Positions 34,137 to 45,621 are shown, counted from the first letter of the stretch. The stretch: DNA of 64,000 bases from Escherichia coli (GCF_001677475.2 NZ_CP015229.1); one strand, 5' to 3'. A program made the numbers and translations. Notes: generated by a model from the sequence alone, not told the origin.

Positions 34137-35195
34137 TCATGCGGGGGTCTTTTGACGAGCTGCCGCGTCCTGGCGGGAGTGCTCAAGCAGGTTCTGCAAA
34201 TAATGCAGCGTGACTGCAGGGACCAGCGGCGCGATAGCCGTGAGATCGTTTTTCGCCAGCAGTTGACGTACCCGGGAAGCGGATATCGGCATCTCCTGGT
34301 AACGCAGCCGCTCAATTTCAACCAGTTCGATGGGCGGTGCGGAGATAGTCGGCGTTTCCAGCCAGTAGCGCATATCCTGGTTGTACTGGGCGGTAACGCG
34401 ACAAAAGGGTTCAGTACCGACAAAGCGGTGAGTTACACCCAGCGCGGGAGCGAGGTACTGACGGAAAATCTTCAGATCAATTTCGGTGTAACAATGGTTA
34501 ATGACGCTCTGTTCTTTAATGAAGTAGCAAGGGAACGTGGCGCGGGAGATGATGTATTCGGAGCCGCGATGCACAGTCAGGCGTGGAATATCGGCGGTGC
34601 CTTTTAACACCAGATCCAGCCGGTCTTCATAGGGGAAGCGTGAAGAATCTTCTTTGACTAAAAACAGATGCAACCAGTCGCACTGTGCTGCAGCCTGTTG
34701 AATCAGATAACGGTGACCATTCGTAAAGGGATTGGCGTTCATCACAATGCAGCCAATCTTATTCCCTGGATGACGAAATTTTTTCAGCGATTCGGCATAG
34801 CGTTTCAGTCGCGTGGCGCTGTTTTCCATCAGCACCATCACGCCGGGTACACTAGTCAGCGTGGAAAAACCGCACTGGCGGAACAGCGCCTCGTATTCGG
34901 TTTTGGTATAAATAAATAGATGCGTGCTGTGCCGCTCATAGGCGAGGTTAATTAGCTCGGTGGCTAATGTCAGCGCCAGTCCTTCACCGCGAACGGATTC
35001 ACTGATAGCAACGCATTTAATAATATTTCCGGCAATTCCACCGCACGCGATAAGCTTTTCATCGCGGGTTACGGTAATAAATACTTCGACTGTGGTGTCA
35101 ACGCTCAAATCATTTTCATGCAGGAATTGGGCGATTTCCGCCATTTTTTTATTTTCTGAACGTTTTACACGGGTGAAAATATCATTGCCGAACAT
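34137..35195 (-). CDS. citC: [Citrate (pro-3S)-lyase] ligase
   Basis: Trimmed to ATG at 35195 (MFGNDIFTRV...); 352 aa; first gene of the cit operon. Confidence 0.9.
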   Translation of the reverse strand: MFGNDIFTRVKRSENKKMAEIAQFLHENDLSVDTTVEVFITVTRDEKLIACGGIAGNIIKCVAISESVRGEGLALTLATELINLAYERHSTHLFIYTKTEYEALFRQCGFSTLTSVPGVMVLMENSATRLKRYAESLKKFRHPGNKIGCIVMNANPFTNGHRYLIQQAAAQCDWLHLFLVKEDSSRFPYEDRLDLVLKGTADIPRLTVHRGSEYIISRATFPCYFIKEQSVINHCYTEIDLKIFRQYLAPALGVTHRFVGTEPFCRVTAQYNQDMRYWLETPTISAPPIELVEIERLRYQEMPISASRVRQLLAKNDLTAIAPLVPAVTLHYLQNLLEHSRQDAAARQKTPA

Positions 35196-35574
35196 AATAA
35201 ATAGTATCCTGAAGGTGCATGTTGTTATCGATTTGCAACAAATGTTGTTCGATGTTGCAAACTGATAACCTTTTATTTTCACTTGGGAGAAAGGGGGGCG
35301 ATCGAGGTATATCTTTTTCTCCTTTCGCTATACATCCTAAGGAGTATTGCAGCGTGAAATTTTGATTTATTTCACATAGAGTTAGTGGTTTTTTATTTAT
35401 TTAATGGTTTTAAGTTTTTTAATTAATGTAATTACGAAATGACCCGCAGGTTTAAGTGATTTAATTGATTTAATGAATAAAATTTGCCACGATTATATTT
35501 AATATCTATGTATTTTGATTCAACATTTTAATTACATTCGTCAAAGAGGCTCGGGACAACCCGCAAGGAAAACA

Positions 35575-37233
35575 ATGTTGCAGCTTAACGAGAATAAACA
35601 GTTTGCATTTTTCCAAAGACTGGCATTTCCGCTGCGTATCTTTTTGCTGATTCTGGTGTTCTCAATATTTGTCATTGCAGCCCTGGCGCAATATTTTACG
35701 GCCAGTTTTGAGGACTATTTAACGCTTCATGTACGCGACATGGCAATGAATCAGGCAAAAATTATTGCTTCTAATGACAGTATCATCAGCGCAGTGAAAA
35801 CGCGTGACTACAAGAGGCTGGCGACCATCGCTGACAAATTACAAAGAGATACTGATTTCGATTATGTGGTGATTGGCGATCGGCACTCGATTCGTCTTTA
35901 CCATCCTAATCCGGAGAAAATTGGTTATCCTATGCAGTTCACCAAACCGGGCGCGCTGGAGAAAGGGGAGAGCTACTTCATCACCGGGAAAGGGTCAATT
36001 GGCATGGCAATGCGTGCCAAAACGCCAATCTTTGATGACGATGGAAAAGTCATCGGCGTGGTGTCGATTGGCTACCTGGTGAGTAAAATCGATAGCTGGC
36101 GTGCTGAGTTTTTATTACCGATGGCAGGTGTGTTTGTCGTGCTGTTAGGGATTCTGATGTTGCTATCGTGGTTCCTGGCCGCGCATATCCGTCGGCAGAT
36201 GATGGGCATGGAGCCAAAGCAAATCGCACGCGTGGTCCGTCAGCAAGAGGCGCTGTTTAGTTCGGTTTATGAAGGGCTGATTGCGGTGGATCCGCACGGT
36301 TACATTACCGCCATCAATCGTAACGCAAGAAAGATGCTGGGGCTGAGTTCCCCTGGACGACAATGGTTGGGTAAACCCATTGCTGAAGTGGTCAGGCCTG
36401 CCGATTTCTTTACCGAACAGATTGATGAAAAACGTCAGGATGTGGTGGCTAACTTTAACGGCCTGAGCGTTATTGCCAATCGGGAAGCTATTCGTTCAGG
36501 TGATGATTTGCTGGGGGCCATTATCAGCTTTCGCAGTAAAGACGAAATTTCCACCCTCAATGCGCAACTGACGCAAATTAAACAATACGTCGAGAGCCTG
36601 CGCACATTGCGACACGAGCATCTCAATTGGATGTCGACGCTCAATGGTCTGTTGCAGATGAAAGAGTATGATCGCGTGCTGGCGATGGTGCAGGGGGAGT
36701 CTCAGGCCCAGCAACAGCTTATTGACAGCCTGCGCGAGGCGTTTGCCGATCGCCAGGTGGCGGGGCTGCTTTTTGGTAAAGTGCAGCGCGCCCGCGAACT
36801 GGGGCTAAAAATGATCATCGTCCCCGGCAGCCAGCTTTCGCAACTGCCGCCAGGACTGGATAGCACCGAGTTTGCCGCCATTGTTGGCAATTTACTTGAT
36901 AACGCCTTCGAAGCCAGCCTGCGTAGCGATGAAGGAAACAAGATCGTTGAATTATTCCTCAGCGATGAAGGCGATGATGTGGTGATTGAAGTCGCCGATC
37001 AGGGCTGCGGCGTTCCAGAGTCTCTACGAGACAAAATATTTGAGCAGGGTGTCAGTACGCGTGCTGACGAGCCCGGCGAACATGGCATTGGGTTGTACTT
37101 GATTGCCAGCTACGTAACGCGCTGCGGTGGTGTTATCACTCTCGAAGATAATGATCCCTGCGGTACCTTATTTTCAATCTATATTCCGAAAGTGAAACCT
37201 AATGACAGCTCCATTAACCCTATTGATCGTTGA
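35575..37233 (+). CDS. dpiB: Sensor histidine kinase (citrate-responsive)
   Basis: Trimmed to ATG at 35575 (MLQLNENKQF...), which has AAGGA upstream; two transmembrane segments; H-box LRHEHLNW; ATPase domain. Confidence 0.9.
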   Translation: MLQLNENKQFAFFQRLAFPLRIFLLILVFSIFVIAALAQYFTASFEDYLTLHVRDMAMNQAKIIASNDSIISAVKTRDYKRLATIADKLQRDTDFDYVVIGDRHSIRLYHPNPEKIGYPMQFTKPGALEKGESYFITGKGSIGMAMRAKTPIFDDDGKVIGVVSIGYLVSKIDSWRAEFLLPMAGVFVVLLGILMLLSWFLAAHIRRQMMGMEPKQIARVVRQQEALFSSVYEGLIAVDPHGYITAINRNARKMLGLSSPGRQWLGKPIAEVVRPADFFTEQIDEKRQDVVANFNGLSVIANREAIRSGDDLLGAIISFRSKDEISTLNAQLTQIKQYVESLRTLRHEHLNWMSTLNGLLQMKEYDRVLAMVQGESQAQQQLIDSLREAFADRQVAGLLFGKVQRARELGLKMIIVPGSQLSQLPPGLDSTEFAAIVGNLLDNAFEASLRSDEGNKIVELFLSDEGDDVVIEVADQGCGVPESLRDKIFEQGVSTRADEPGEHGIGLYLIASYVTRCGGVITLEDNDPCGTLFSIYIPKVKPNDSSINPIDR

Positions 37234-37882
37234 GGACGAAACGCCGCTGGCAGAGATGCATGCGGAATATATTCGTCACATTCCCGGATTCAGTCAGATA
37301 TTACTGGCGGGAAACCTGGCGCAGGCCCGAATGATGATCGAGCGTTTTAAGCCGGGGCTAATCTTGCTCGATAACTATCTTCCTGACGGTAGAGGGATTA
37401 ATTTACTGCATGAACTGGTGCAGGCGCATTTTCCCGGCGACGTGGTGTTTACCACTGCAGCCAGCGATATGGAAACGGTGTCTGAAGCCGTACGTTGTGG
37501 TGTATTTGATTATCTCATTAAGCCCATTGCCTATGAGCGGCTGGGGCAAACGCTAACCCGTTTCCGCCAGCGTAAACATATGCTGGAAAGTATTGATAGC
37601 GCCAGCCAGAAGCAAATTGATGAGATGTTTAATGCCTATGCTCGCGGTGAACCTAAAGACGAACTGCCGACCGGCATTGACCCCTTGACGCTAAACGCGG
37701 TGCGAAAACTGTTTAAAGAGCCTGGTGTGCAACATACGGCAGAAACGGTGGCGCAGGCACTGACCATCAGCCGCACCACTGCCAGGCGTTATCTTGAATA
37801 TTGCGCCAGCCGCCATCTGATTATTGCTGAAATTGTTCACGGCAAAGTTGGCAGACCGCAACGCATATACCACAGTGGGTGA
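37202..37882 (+). CDS. dpiA: Response regulator
   Basis: 226 aa; receiver-domain aspartate context LLDNYLPDG; overlaps dpiB by 32 nt. Confidence 0.93.
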   Translation: MTAPLTLLIVEDETPLAEMHAEYIRHIPGFSQILLAGNLAQARMMIERFKPGLILLDNYLPDGRGINLLHELVQAHFPGDVVFTTAASDMETVSEAVRCGVFDYLIKPIAYERLGQTLTRFRQRKHMLESIDSASQKQIDEMFNAYARGEPKDELPTGIDPLTLNAVRKLFKEPGVQHTAETVAQALTISRTTARRYLEYCASRHLIIAEIVHGKVGRPQRIYHSG

Positions 37883-37885
37883 CAT

Positions 37886-37914
37886 GAAAAAGCCGGAGGA
37901 AACTTGCCTCCGGC
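37886..37914 (-). terminator. Intrinsic terminator of dcuC, in the dpiA/dcuC convergent gap
   Basis: gccggagg-aaacttg-cctccggc hairpin with an A5 run on the plus strand (U-run on the minus strand). Confidence 0.6.
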
Positions 37915-37922
37915 ATGACTAT

Positions 37923-39308
37923 TTACTTGCCTGTGACCACTGCTGCCGTTCCTGGCACCATCAGCTCTGTAGCAACGATAACAATCACTAGCCCAACAAG
38001 CACCGGCACCGAGGTGCGTTTTACGACTTCAAATGGTGAGATTTTCGCCATCCCGGCAACCGCAACGACTACGCCAGAAACGGGTGATAGGGTACGACCC
38101 AGGTTTGACGCCTGCAGCATCGGGATAGTCAAATACGCCGGGTTAATGCCGGAAGAGTGCGCCAGTTTCGGGATCATCTCAACAAACGCATAAAACGGCG
38201 CATTGCCTGAACCGGTCGTGACTGCCGCCAGCATTGTCAGAATCACCAATACCAGCATCAGGATGATACTCGCCGAACCAAACGAGGTAGCAATAGAAAT
38301 CAGACTTTGAATAAAGCCGATGGTGCTAAGCCCCTGAGCGAATACCCCAGCGGCAACCAGCAGCATCACCACGTTAGCAAACGCATCTGCCATCCCGCGA
38401 TAAGCCACTTCCAGACCAGAGAAAACTTTCTGGGTATTAAAGCTGCGGATGAACTCCAGAATGGAGGCAATCAGCATACAAATCACCAGAATAGTGATGA
38501 TGTGTAATTGCGGACCCCATTTGCCGTCAAAAATCAGTACACCGATGATAGGCGTGAACGGCAAAATGGCATAAAACGCAGGAGCAGTGGTGGTGATTTC
38601 ACTGACATCTAACATTTCATGAGAGATGTGCTCTTTTTTATCCAGATAACGTTGCCAGAAGAAGTGGGCGATCGCCATGCCGATAATTGCAGCAATTGAG
38701 ATAGGCAGCGTCGTTTTGAAGGCGAAGTCAATCAGCGACATTTCGGAAGCCTGCGCCGCCAGCACCACATCCCCTGAAGTCGGTGCGAGAATAATCGCCG
38801 CCGGGGAGGCACAAATGGCAGCTGCTGCGCCACGACTGATACCAACGTTTACCATCACCGGAAACAGGGTTGCCATCAGCAAAACACCCAGACCGGTCGC
38901 GGAAGAGACGGCCAGAGACATCAGACAGGCGACAAAATAGGCGGCAATCATCAGCAGGTAAGGGGAGTTAATATACTGCAATGGTTTTGACGCCAGCTTG
39001 ACCACCATATCATTCGCGCCGATATGGGTCATGTAAGCGGCAAAGCCACACAGCATCATAATCATCATGCCGAGGTCGCCGCCGCGGCTCATTAGCAATA
39101 TTTTAACGTATTCAACGATATCCGTGGCGCTGTAGCCTGTTGAAGCCTGGCTGGACGGTAACACTTTGTGCCCCATAATGGCACTGATAATCAGCAATAA
39201 CAGGCCACCGACAAATAACACGCCAGTGGCGGAATACCCTTTAATGATGTAGCGAGCTACACCCACAATAACCACAACCCCAATAAGGAGTTCAATGAAT
39301 GTCAGCAT
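37923..39308 (-). CDS. dcuC: Anaerobic C4-dicarboxylate transporter
   Basis: 461-aa polytopic membrane ORF; uninterrupted. Confidence 0.93.
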   Translation of the reverse strand: MLTFIELLIGVVVIVGVARYIIKGYSATGVLFVGGLLLLIISAIMGHKVLPSSQASTGYSATDIVEYVKILLMSRGGDLGMMIMMLCGFAAYMTHIGANDMVVKLASKPLQYINSPYLLMIAAYFVACLMSLAVSSATGLGVLLMATLFPVMVNVGISRGAAAAICASPAAIILAPTSGDVVLAAQASEMSLIDFAFKTTLPISIAAIIGMAIAHFFWQRYLDKKEHISHEMLDVSEITTTAPAFYAILPFTPIIGVLIFDGKWGPQLHIITILVICMLIASILEFIRSFNTQKVFSGLEVAYRGMADAFANVVMLLVAAGVFAQGLSTIGFIQSLISIATSFGSASIILMLVLVILTMLAAVTTGSGNAPFYAFVEMIPKLAHSSGINPAYLTIPMLQASNLGRTLSPVSGVVVAVAGMAKISPFEVVKRTSVPVLVGLVIVIVATELMVPGTAAVVTGK

Positions 39309-39896
39309 AATTTTTCCTGTCTCCAGGCCCCAAAGTAAATAATAAAAAATTCCTAAAACTTAAGGAAAAAATATGCCCAATAAATTGGCGATGAATGCTG
39401 ATTAAAATCAAGAAAAACTGCCATTAACACATTGAAGTTACTGTTTTTATACATAGATAACAAAACACATATTTAGCGGTTGGTAATTATCACATAATAA
39501 TGTGTGTAAATTGATGGCGGATTGATGCAAATTTGTTAATAGCAATGGTGTTAGCTGCGATTGCGTGCTCAAAAAATAATCTGTAATGAGCATGGGTTGA
39601 CGATATATAATATATTTTTCGTTAAGATTCTTTTTGTATGTTGTTAAAAAATAAAGTAATTTTATCCTGGTTGTATTTTGTTATCAGAACCGACTTGCTT
39701 TTTATTTAATGACTATTCCCATCACAGAAAACGAAGTATCATCTTAAATCGATGCGCGGAAATATTTAACTTGAACAAGCGGAAATAAATAGAGCAGCTA
39801 TTCAGATTATTCTTTATATTGGGGCTATTAAGGTTATGTTAATTGTAGCTTTGCTATGCTAGTAGTAGATTTTTGATAAATGTTTTATGGTCACAA

Positions 39897-40457
39897 ATGA
39901 ACGTGAGTAAGTATGTCGCTATCTTTTCCTTTGTTTTTATTCAGTTAATCAGCGTTGGTAAAGTTTTTGCTAACGCAGATGAGTGGATGACAACGTTTGG
40001 AGAAAATATTACACAAACCTGGCAACAGCCTGAACATTATGATTTATATATTCCTGCCATCACCTGGCATGCTCGTTTCGCTTACGACAAAGAAAAAACC
40101 GATCGCTATAACGAGCGACCGTGGGGTGGCGGTTTTGGTCAGTCGCGATGGGATGAAAAAGGAAACTGGCATGGCCTGTATGCCATGGCATTTAAGGACT
40201 CGTGGAACAAATGGGAACCGATTGCCGGATACGGATGGGAAAGTACCTGGCGACCGCTGGCGGATGAAAATTTTCATTTAGGACTGGGATTCACCGCTGG
40301 CGTAACGGCACGCGATAACTGGAATTACATCCCTCTCCCGGTTCTACTGCCATTGGCCTCTGTGGGTTATGGTCCAGTGACTTTTCAGATGACCTACATT
40401 CCGGGTACCTATAACAATGGCAATGTGTACTTTGCCTGGATGCGCTTTCAGTTTTGA
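39897..40457 (+). CDS. pagP: Lipid A palmitoyltransferase (outer-membrane beta-barrel)
   Basis: ORF-track TTG start trimmed to ATG at 39897 ([10 protein letters not shown]...); 186 aa. Confidence 0.9.
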   Translation: MNVSKYVAIFSFVFIQLISVGKVFANADEWMTTFGENITQTWQQPEHYDLYIPAITWHARFAYDKEKTDRYNERPWGGGFGQSRWDEKGNWHGLYAMAFKDSWNKWEPIAGYGWESTWRPLADENFHLGLGFTAGVTARDNWNYIPLPVLLPLASVGYGPVTFQMTYIPGTYNNGNVYFAWMRFQF

Positions 40458-40631
40458 GACAAATGAAATTTTAGTAAACTCTTTAAAATCAATGGGTAAA
40501 ATAATTAACATCAAAAATAACGCGACTTTTATCACTTTTTAGTAAAGTTGCACTGGACAAAGCGTACCACAATTGGTGTACTGGTAACCGACACAGCATT
40601 TGTGTCTATTTTTCATGTAAAGGTAATTTTG

Positions 40632-40841
40632 ATGTCTAAGATTAAAGGTAACGTTAAGTGGTTTAATGAGTCCAAAGGATTCGGTTTCATTACTCCGGAA
40701 GACGGCAGCAAAGACGTGTTCGTACACTTCTCTGCAATCCAGACTAATGGTTTTAAAACTCTTGCTGAAGGTCAGCGCGTAGAGTTCGAAATCACTAACG
40801 GTGCCAAAGGCCCTTCTGCTGCAAACGTAATCGCTCTGTAA
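40632..40841 (+). CDS. cspE: Cold-shock-domain protein
   Basis: 69 aa; RNP1 motif KGFGFI. Confidence 0.97.
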
Positions 40842-40860
40842 GATACGTCAGCAAGAATTC

Positions 40861-40889
40861 AAAACCCGCTTAATCAGCGGGTTTTTTTT
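40861..40889. terminator. Bidirectional intrinsic terminator between cspE and crcB
   Basis: aaacccgct-taatc-agcgggttt hairpin flanked by an A-run and a T8 run. Confidence 0.7.
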
Positions 40890-40894
40890 GGTCT

Positions 40895-41278
40895 TTAGTG
40901 TGCGGTTGAGGCTGAAAACAGCCAGAATGCCAGTGCGGTCATGGCAAAAGAGCCCAGAAGGTTGACGAAAACGTTCAGTAATGCCCAGCCAAAGCGACCC
41001 TCTTGTAACAAAAACACCACTTCTGCCGAAAATGTTGAGAAGGTTGTTAGACCGCCACAAAATCCGGTGGTGATTAATACTTTCCACACTGGATCAATGT
41101 TCGTCATCCTGCTGAACCAGGCGAATCCCATTCCTATGATGAATGCCCCAATCAGGTTTGCTGTCAGCGTCCCCAACGGAATCGCCTGATGCAGTGGGTT
41201 AAATCGCATACTTAACAGCCATCTCGCCACGCTTCCCGTACCACCGCCAATAAAAACTGCTAAAAGAAGTTGTAACAC
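40895..41278 (-). CDS. crcB: Fluoride channel
   Basis: 127-aa small membrane protein with four hydrophobic segments. Confidence 0.93.
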   Translation of the reverse strand: MLQLLLAVFIGGGTGSVARWLLSMRFNPLHQAIPLGTLTANLIGAFIIGMGFAWFSRMTNIDPVWKVLITTGFCGGLTTFSTFSAEVVFLLQEGRFGWALLNVFVNLLGSFAMTALAFWLFSASTAH

Positions 41279-41370
41279 TGCAAAATCCTGCTATTTGATT
41301 TGTATGAGTGATAAGTGTAACGCCGAATAATCGTCGTTGGCGAATTTTACGACTCTGACAGGAGGTGGCA

Positions 41371-42159
41371 ATGCTGGTTGCTGCAGGACAGTTTGCTGTT
41401 ACATCTGTGTGGGAAAAGAACGCTGAGATTTGTGCCTCGTTGATGGCGCAGGCGGTGGAAAACGACGTATCGCTGTTTGTCCTGCCGGAAGCATTGCTGG
41501 CGCGCGATGATCATGATGCAGATCTATCGGTTAAATCAGCACAGCTGCTGGAAGGCGAATTCCTCGGACGTTTACGGCGAGAAAGTAAACGTAACATGAT
41601 GACGACAATTCTGACGATTCATGTTCCTTCAACGCCGGGGCGCGCATGGAATATGCTGGTGGCACTTCAGGCAGGAAACATCGTCGCCCGTTATGCCAAA
41701 CTGCATCTCTATGATGCATTTGCCATTCAGGAATCACGTCATGTTGATGCTGGTAATGAAATAGCTCCGTTACTGGAGGTGGAAGGGATGAAGGTCGGTC
41801 TGATGACCTGTTATGACTTACGCTTTCCAGAGCTGGCGCTGGCACAGGCATTACAGGGAGCTGAAATCCTGGTAGTTCCTGCCGCCTGGGTTCGTGGGCC
41901 GCTCAAAGAGCATCACTGGTCAACGTTGCTTGCCGCTCGTGCGCTGGATACCACCTGTTATATGGTGGCGGCGGGGGAGTGCGGGAACAAAAATATCGGG
42001 CAAAGCCGAATTATAGATCCCTTTGGCGTCACGATTGCGGCAGCGTCAGAAATGCCTGCACTCATTATGGCGGAAGTGACGCCCGAACGTGTGCGTCAGG
42101 TGCGCGCGCAACTGCCCGTCTTAAACAACCGTCGCTTTGCGCCGCCGCAATTATTATGA
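41371..42159 (+). CDS. ybeM: Nitrilase-superfamily (C-N hydrolase) protein, intact reading frame
   Basis: 262 aa from the ATG, with GGAGG 5 nt upstream. Catalytic triad contexts present: Glu (VLPEAL), Lys (YAKLHLYD), Cys ([10 protein letters not shown]). Confidence 0.85.
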   Translation: MLVAAGQFAVTSVWEKNAEICASLMAQAVENDVSLFVLPEALLARDDHDADLSVKSAQLLEGEFLGRLRRESKRNMMTTILTIHVPSTPGRAWNMLVALQAGNIVARYAKLHLYDAFAIQESRHVDAGNEIAPLLEVEGMKVGLMTCYDLRFPELALAQALQGAEILVVPAAWVRGPLKEHHWSTLLAARALDTTCYMVAAGECGNKNIGQSRIIDPFGVTIAAASEMPALIMAEVTPERVRQVRAQLPVLNNRRFAPPQLL

Positions 42160-42287
42160 TGTTTTTTTACTCGGCGCTTGATTCACCTTGTTACAGATTG
42201 CTATTGTGTGCGCGCGTCGAATGACCGTTAATATTCTCTGGTTTTTAAGGCGCGTTCTGTTGCCGGTTATATGTCAAGAAGGTATCT

Positions 42288-42491
42288 ATGGGTGAGATTA
42301 GTATTACCAAACTGCTGGTAGTTGCGGCGCTGGTCGTTCTGCTGTTTGGGACTAAGAAGTTACGTACGCTGGGCGGAGACCTTGGAGCGGCCATTAAAGG
42401 GTTCAAGAAGGCGATGAATGATGACGATGCTGCGGCGAAAAAAGGCGCAGACGTTGATCTTCAGGCTGAAAAGCTCTCTCATAAAGAGTGA
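42288..42491 (+). CDS. tatE: Twin-arginine translocase subunit (TatA paralog)
   Basis: 67 aa; single transmembrane helix followed by an amphipathic segment. Confidence 0.95.
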   Translation: MGEISITKLLVVAALVVLLFGTKKLRTLGGDLGAAIKGFKKAMNDDDAAAKKGADVDLQAEKLSHKE

Positions 42492-42531
42492 CGTGGCGAG
42501 CAGGACGCTCCCTCAATATCTTGTTCGATAC

Positions 42532-42563
42532 AAAAAAACCCGCTTCAAAAAGCGGGTTTTTTA
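42532..42563. terminator. Bidirectional intrinsic terminator between tatE and lipA
   Basis: aaacccgctt-caaaa-agcgggttt hairpin flanked by an A7 run and a T6 run. Confidence 0.7.
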
Positions 42564-42592
42564 TCAGACAGATGTAAGTAATTATTACAGGA

Positions 42593-43558
42593 TTACTTAA
42601 CTTCCATCCCTTTCGCCTGCAAATCGGCGTGGTAAGACGAGCGGACAAACGGACCGCATGCAGCATGGGTAAAGCCCATCGCCAGCGCTTCGGCTTTCAT
42701 TTCGTCGAACTCATCCGGGCTAACGTAACGTTGAACCGGCAGGTGATGGCGGCTTGGCTGCAAATATTGCCCCAGCGTTAGCATCGTCACACCATGACGG
42801 CGCAGGTCGCGCATTACCTCAATAATTTCTTCATTGGTTTCACCCAGACCCACCATCAGACCAGACTTGGTCGGGATTTCCGGATGCGCTTCTTTAAAGC
42901 GTTCCAGCAGCTTCAGCGACCAGTTGTAATCTGCACCAGGCCGTACCTGACGGTAAATACGCGGTACGTTTTCCAGGTTATGGTTGAACACATCTGGTGG
43001 TGTGGCGGTCAGAATATCCAGAGCACGATCCATACGACCGCGGAAATCCGGCACCAGAGTTTCAATTTTGATTTGCGGGCTTTTTTCCCGAATGGCAGTA
43101 ATGCAATCCGCAAAGTGTTGGGCACCGCCATCGCGCAGGTCATCACGGTCAACGGAGGTGATAACCACATAACGCAGCGCCATATCGGCAATGGTCTGCG
43201 CCAGTTTCACTGGTTCATTGGCATCCGGAGCTACCGGGCGACCGTGGGCAACGTCACAGAACGGACAACGGCGGGTACAAATAGCGCCGAGGATCATAAA
43301 CGTTGCTGTGCCGTGGTTGAAGCATTCCGCCAGGTTAGGGCAGGAGGCTTCCTCGCAGACAGAATGCAGGCCATTTTTGCGCATTGCGGCTTTGATGCCC
43401 TGGATACGTGTAGAGTCCGCTGGAAGCTTGATTTTCATCCATTCCGGCTTGCGCAGCAGGGCTTCGCGCTCTGTTGCCACGTTTTTAACCGGGATAAGGG
43501 CCATCTTATCGGCATCGCGGTATTTAACACCGCGTTCCATCACAATGGGTTTACTCAT
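42593..43558 (-). CDS. lipA: Lipoyl synthase (radical SAM)
   Basis: 321 aa; radical-SAM CTRRCPFC and auxiliary cluster [12 protein letters not shown]. Confidence 0.97.
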
Positions 43559-43766
43559 AGCGTGCGTGTTCCAGTTGCGAATTACGAAGGAAAGCGTTTC
43601 AATTCAATAGATTGTTGTAATTATCAACTATTTTTGAATTAACGACTGGCAGTATATCATTGAAACGGACCTGAAAGCAGCCAAAGCGGTCGCGAAAATG
43701 TAAAATTGTTGTTGGATTGTGCCATTTTTTCGCTCTTCGCTGTGATCTGGCTGTAACAATACTTTT

Positions 43767-44720
43767 TCAAAATGCATTACGGATAACATCTATTACCCCG
43801 TGCAGGATGGGATCACGCAGGCTGAATTTGTTGTAGTGGATAGAGAAATCTATTTGCTCCTCATTTAAGGACGGAAAAGGCAGTTTTTCTAGCGGCCAAC
43901 AACGGCTAAACAGGTTATAAAAACGGCTGGGAATAATCGCTAACATGTCACTGTTGGCAACCAGTGCAGCGATTGTCAAAATGTTGTAGCTGGTGAAACT
44001 GATTTGCCGGTCCGGAAACATCTCTTGAACTCTCTGCCGCAGACCGCTGAAATTTTGCCCTTCCGGTAACAGGAGTATATGCGCAGCGTTGTCGATAGTC
44101 TCCCTGTCATCTTCTAAAGAGAGTAGTGGATTTCCCTCACGGCAAATTAACACCATATTGTCGGTGAACAGAACATGATGTTGCACCGTACGATTGGTGC
44201 AAAACATGTTATCGATGATGAGATCGGTTTGAAACTGACTGAGTTGGTTTTCCGCGTCGCTGATGGGCGGGTTGCGCAGTAAAAGCTGCGGATAGTGAGT
44301 TTTAATCGCCCGATAGATGACAGGAAGGACCAGGGCTCCGACCGAGGGGGTGGTCGCAATAGTTATCGTTCGTTGCTTATCATAGCTTCCTTCGATATCC
44401 AGCGCGCCAAGAATGGACTCAAGGCCCTGACTGATATACTCATGTAGATGCATCGCAAATGCGGTAGGAGTGACACCCTGGCCTTTGCGAATAAACAATG
44501 GGTCAGGGAATATAACGCGCAGTTTCTGAATAGACTGACTGATTGCCGAGGGTGTCAGATTAAGCACTTTCGCTGCATTAACGATCCCTTTATGTACATA
44601 TACAGCTTCAAAAATAGTCAGAAGGTTAAGATCAATATTTCGTAAGGTTGTAAATATTTGTGGTTTACCTTCTGACGACTTTCTGCTTAAACAGGTTTCA
44701 ATTTGATTATTACTATCCAC
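43767..44720 (-). CDS. ybeF: LysR-family transcriptional regulator
   Basis: 317 aa; N-terminal helix-turn-helix (VNAAKVLNLTPSAISQSIQKLR). Confidence 0.88.
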   Translation of the reverse strand: MDSNNQIETCLSRKSSEGKPQIFTTLRNIDLNLLTIFEAVYVHKGIVNAAKVLNLTPSAISQSIQKLRVIFPDPLFIRKGQGVTPTAFAMHLHEYISQGLESILGALDIEGSYDKQRTITIATTPSVGALVLPVIYRAIKTHYPQLLLRNPPISDAENQLSQFQTDLIIDNMFCTNRTVQHHVLFTDNMVLICREGNPLLSLEDDRETIDNAAHILLLPEGQNFSGLRQRVQEMFPDRQISFTSYNILTIAALVANSDMLAIIPSRFYNLFSRCWPLEKLPFPSLNEEQIDFSIHYNKFSLRDPILHGVIDVIRNAF

Positions 44721-44979
44721 GCACTTACTCCAATTTTATTCATGGAAAAATAATATTTAAAAAAATTACAATAATCTTATGTCTAATTGGAACGGAACGC
44801 TTTTGCTCACCATAATCAACTATTTCAATAAGTTAATCAATGGGGTGAGTTACGGAGCAAGGCGTAGCATCGCATTTCTGCAAGTGATAAAGAAAATATA
44901 CAAACGCGAAGGAGATGTAAAGCATTAGCGGGTATTATGAGTAATGACCCAGTGTAAATTGGGCCATTGAGGTATGCAA

Positions 44980-45621
44980 TTAAGCGGTAATATATTCGAA
45001 GTCAGGATTGTTTAGTAGCGCTAAAATATTTTCCAGTAAACGTGGTGCAATATTATTAGTCGTCGCTTCGGGTTTCCATTGTGATATTTTAGCCATTTCC
45101 ATTCCGGCATACCCACAAGGATTAATACGTAAAAATGGTGAAAGATCCATATTGACGTTTAATGCCAGACCGTGGAATGAACAACCGCGTCGAATACGTA
45201 AACCCAGTGAGCAAATTTTCTTTTCCCCGACATAGACACCAGGCGCGTCAGCCCGAGGATGCGCTTCTATACCCAGTTCAGCCAGGGTATTCACCACTGT
45301 TTGCTCAAGCAAGGTCACCAGTTCACGCACACCGAGTTTACGGCGTTTCAGGTTAAGCAACACATACATCACCTGTTGCCCCGGCCCGTGATAAGTCACC
45401 TGCCCACCGCGATCGCTCTGAATCACCGGAATATCACCCGGCATTAAAATGTGCTCCGCTTTTCCTGCCTGCCCTTGAGTGAATACCGGATAGTGCTCGA
45501 CCAGCCAGATTTCATCAAGGGTACTTTCATCGCGGGTATCGGTGAATTCATGCATAGCCTGGGAGATTGGCTCGTAAGGCTGAAGACCGAGCTGGCGGAC
45601 AAGAATTTTATCCTGATACAA
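44980..45621 (-). CDS. lipB: Octanoyltransferase (lipoate-protein ligase B)
   Basis: 213 aa; conserved position between ybeD and ybeF/lipA. Confidence 0.93.
   Translation of the reverse strand: MYQDKILVRQLGLQPYEPISQAMHEFTDTRDESTLDEIWLVEHYPVFTQGQAGKAEHILMPGDIPVIQSDRGGQVTYHGPGQQVMYVLLNLKRRKLGVRELVTLLEQTVVNTLAELGIEAHPRADAPGVYVGEKKICSLGLRIRRGCSFHGLALNVNMDLSPFLRINPCGYAGMEMAKISQWKPEATTNNIAPRLLENILALLNNPDFEYITA

Noticed and set aside
41279-41364. Fluoride riboswitch upstream of crcB
   Set aside because: The spacer is only 86 bp, shared with the divergent ybeM promoter, and I see no conserved riboswitch-like stems. A covariance-model scan would be needed to exclude it formally.
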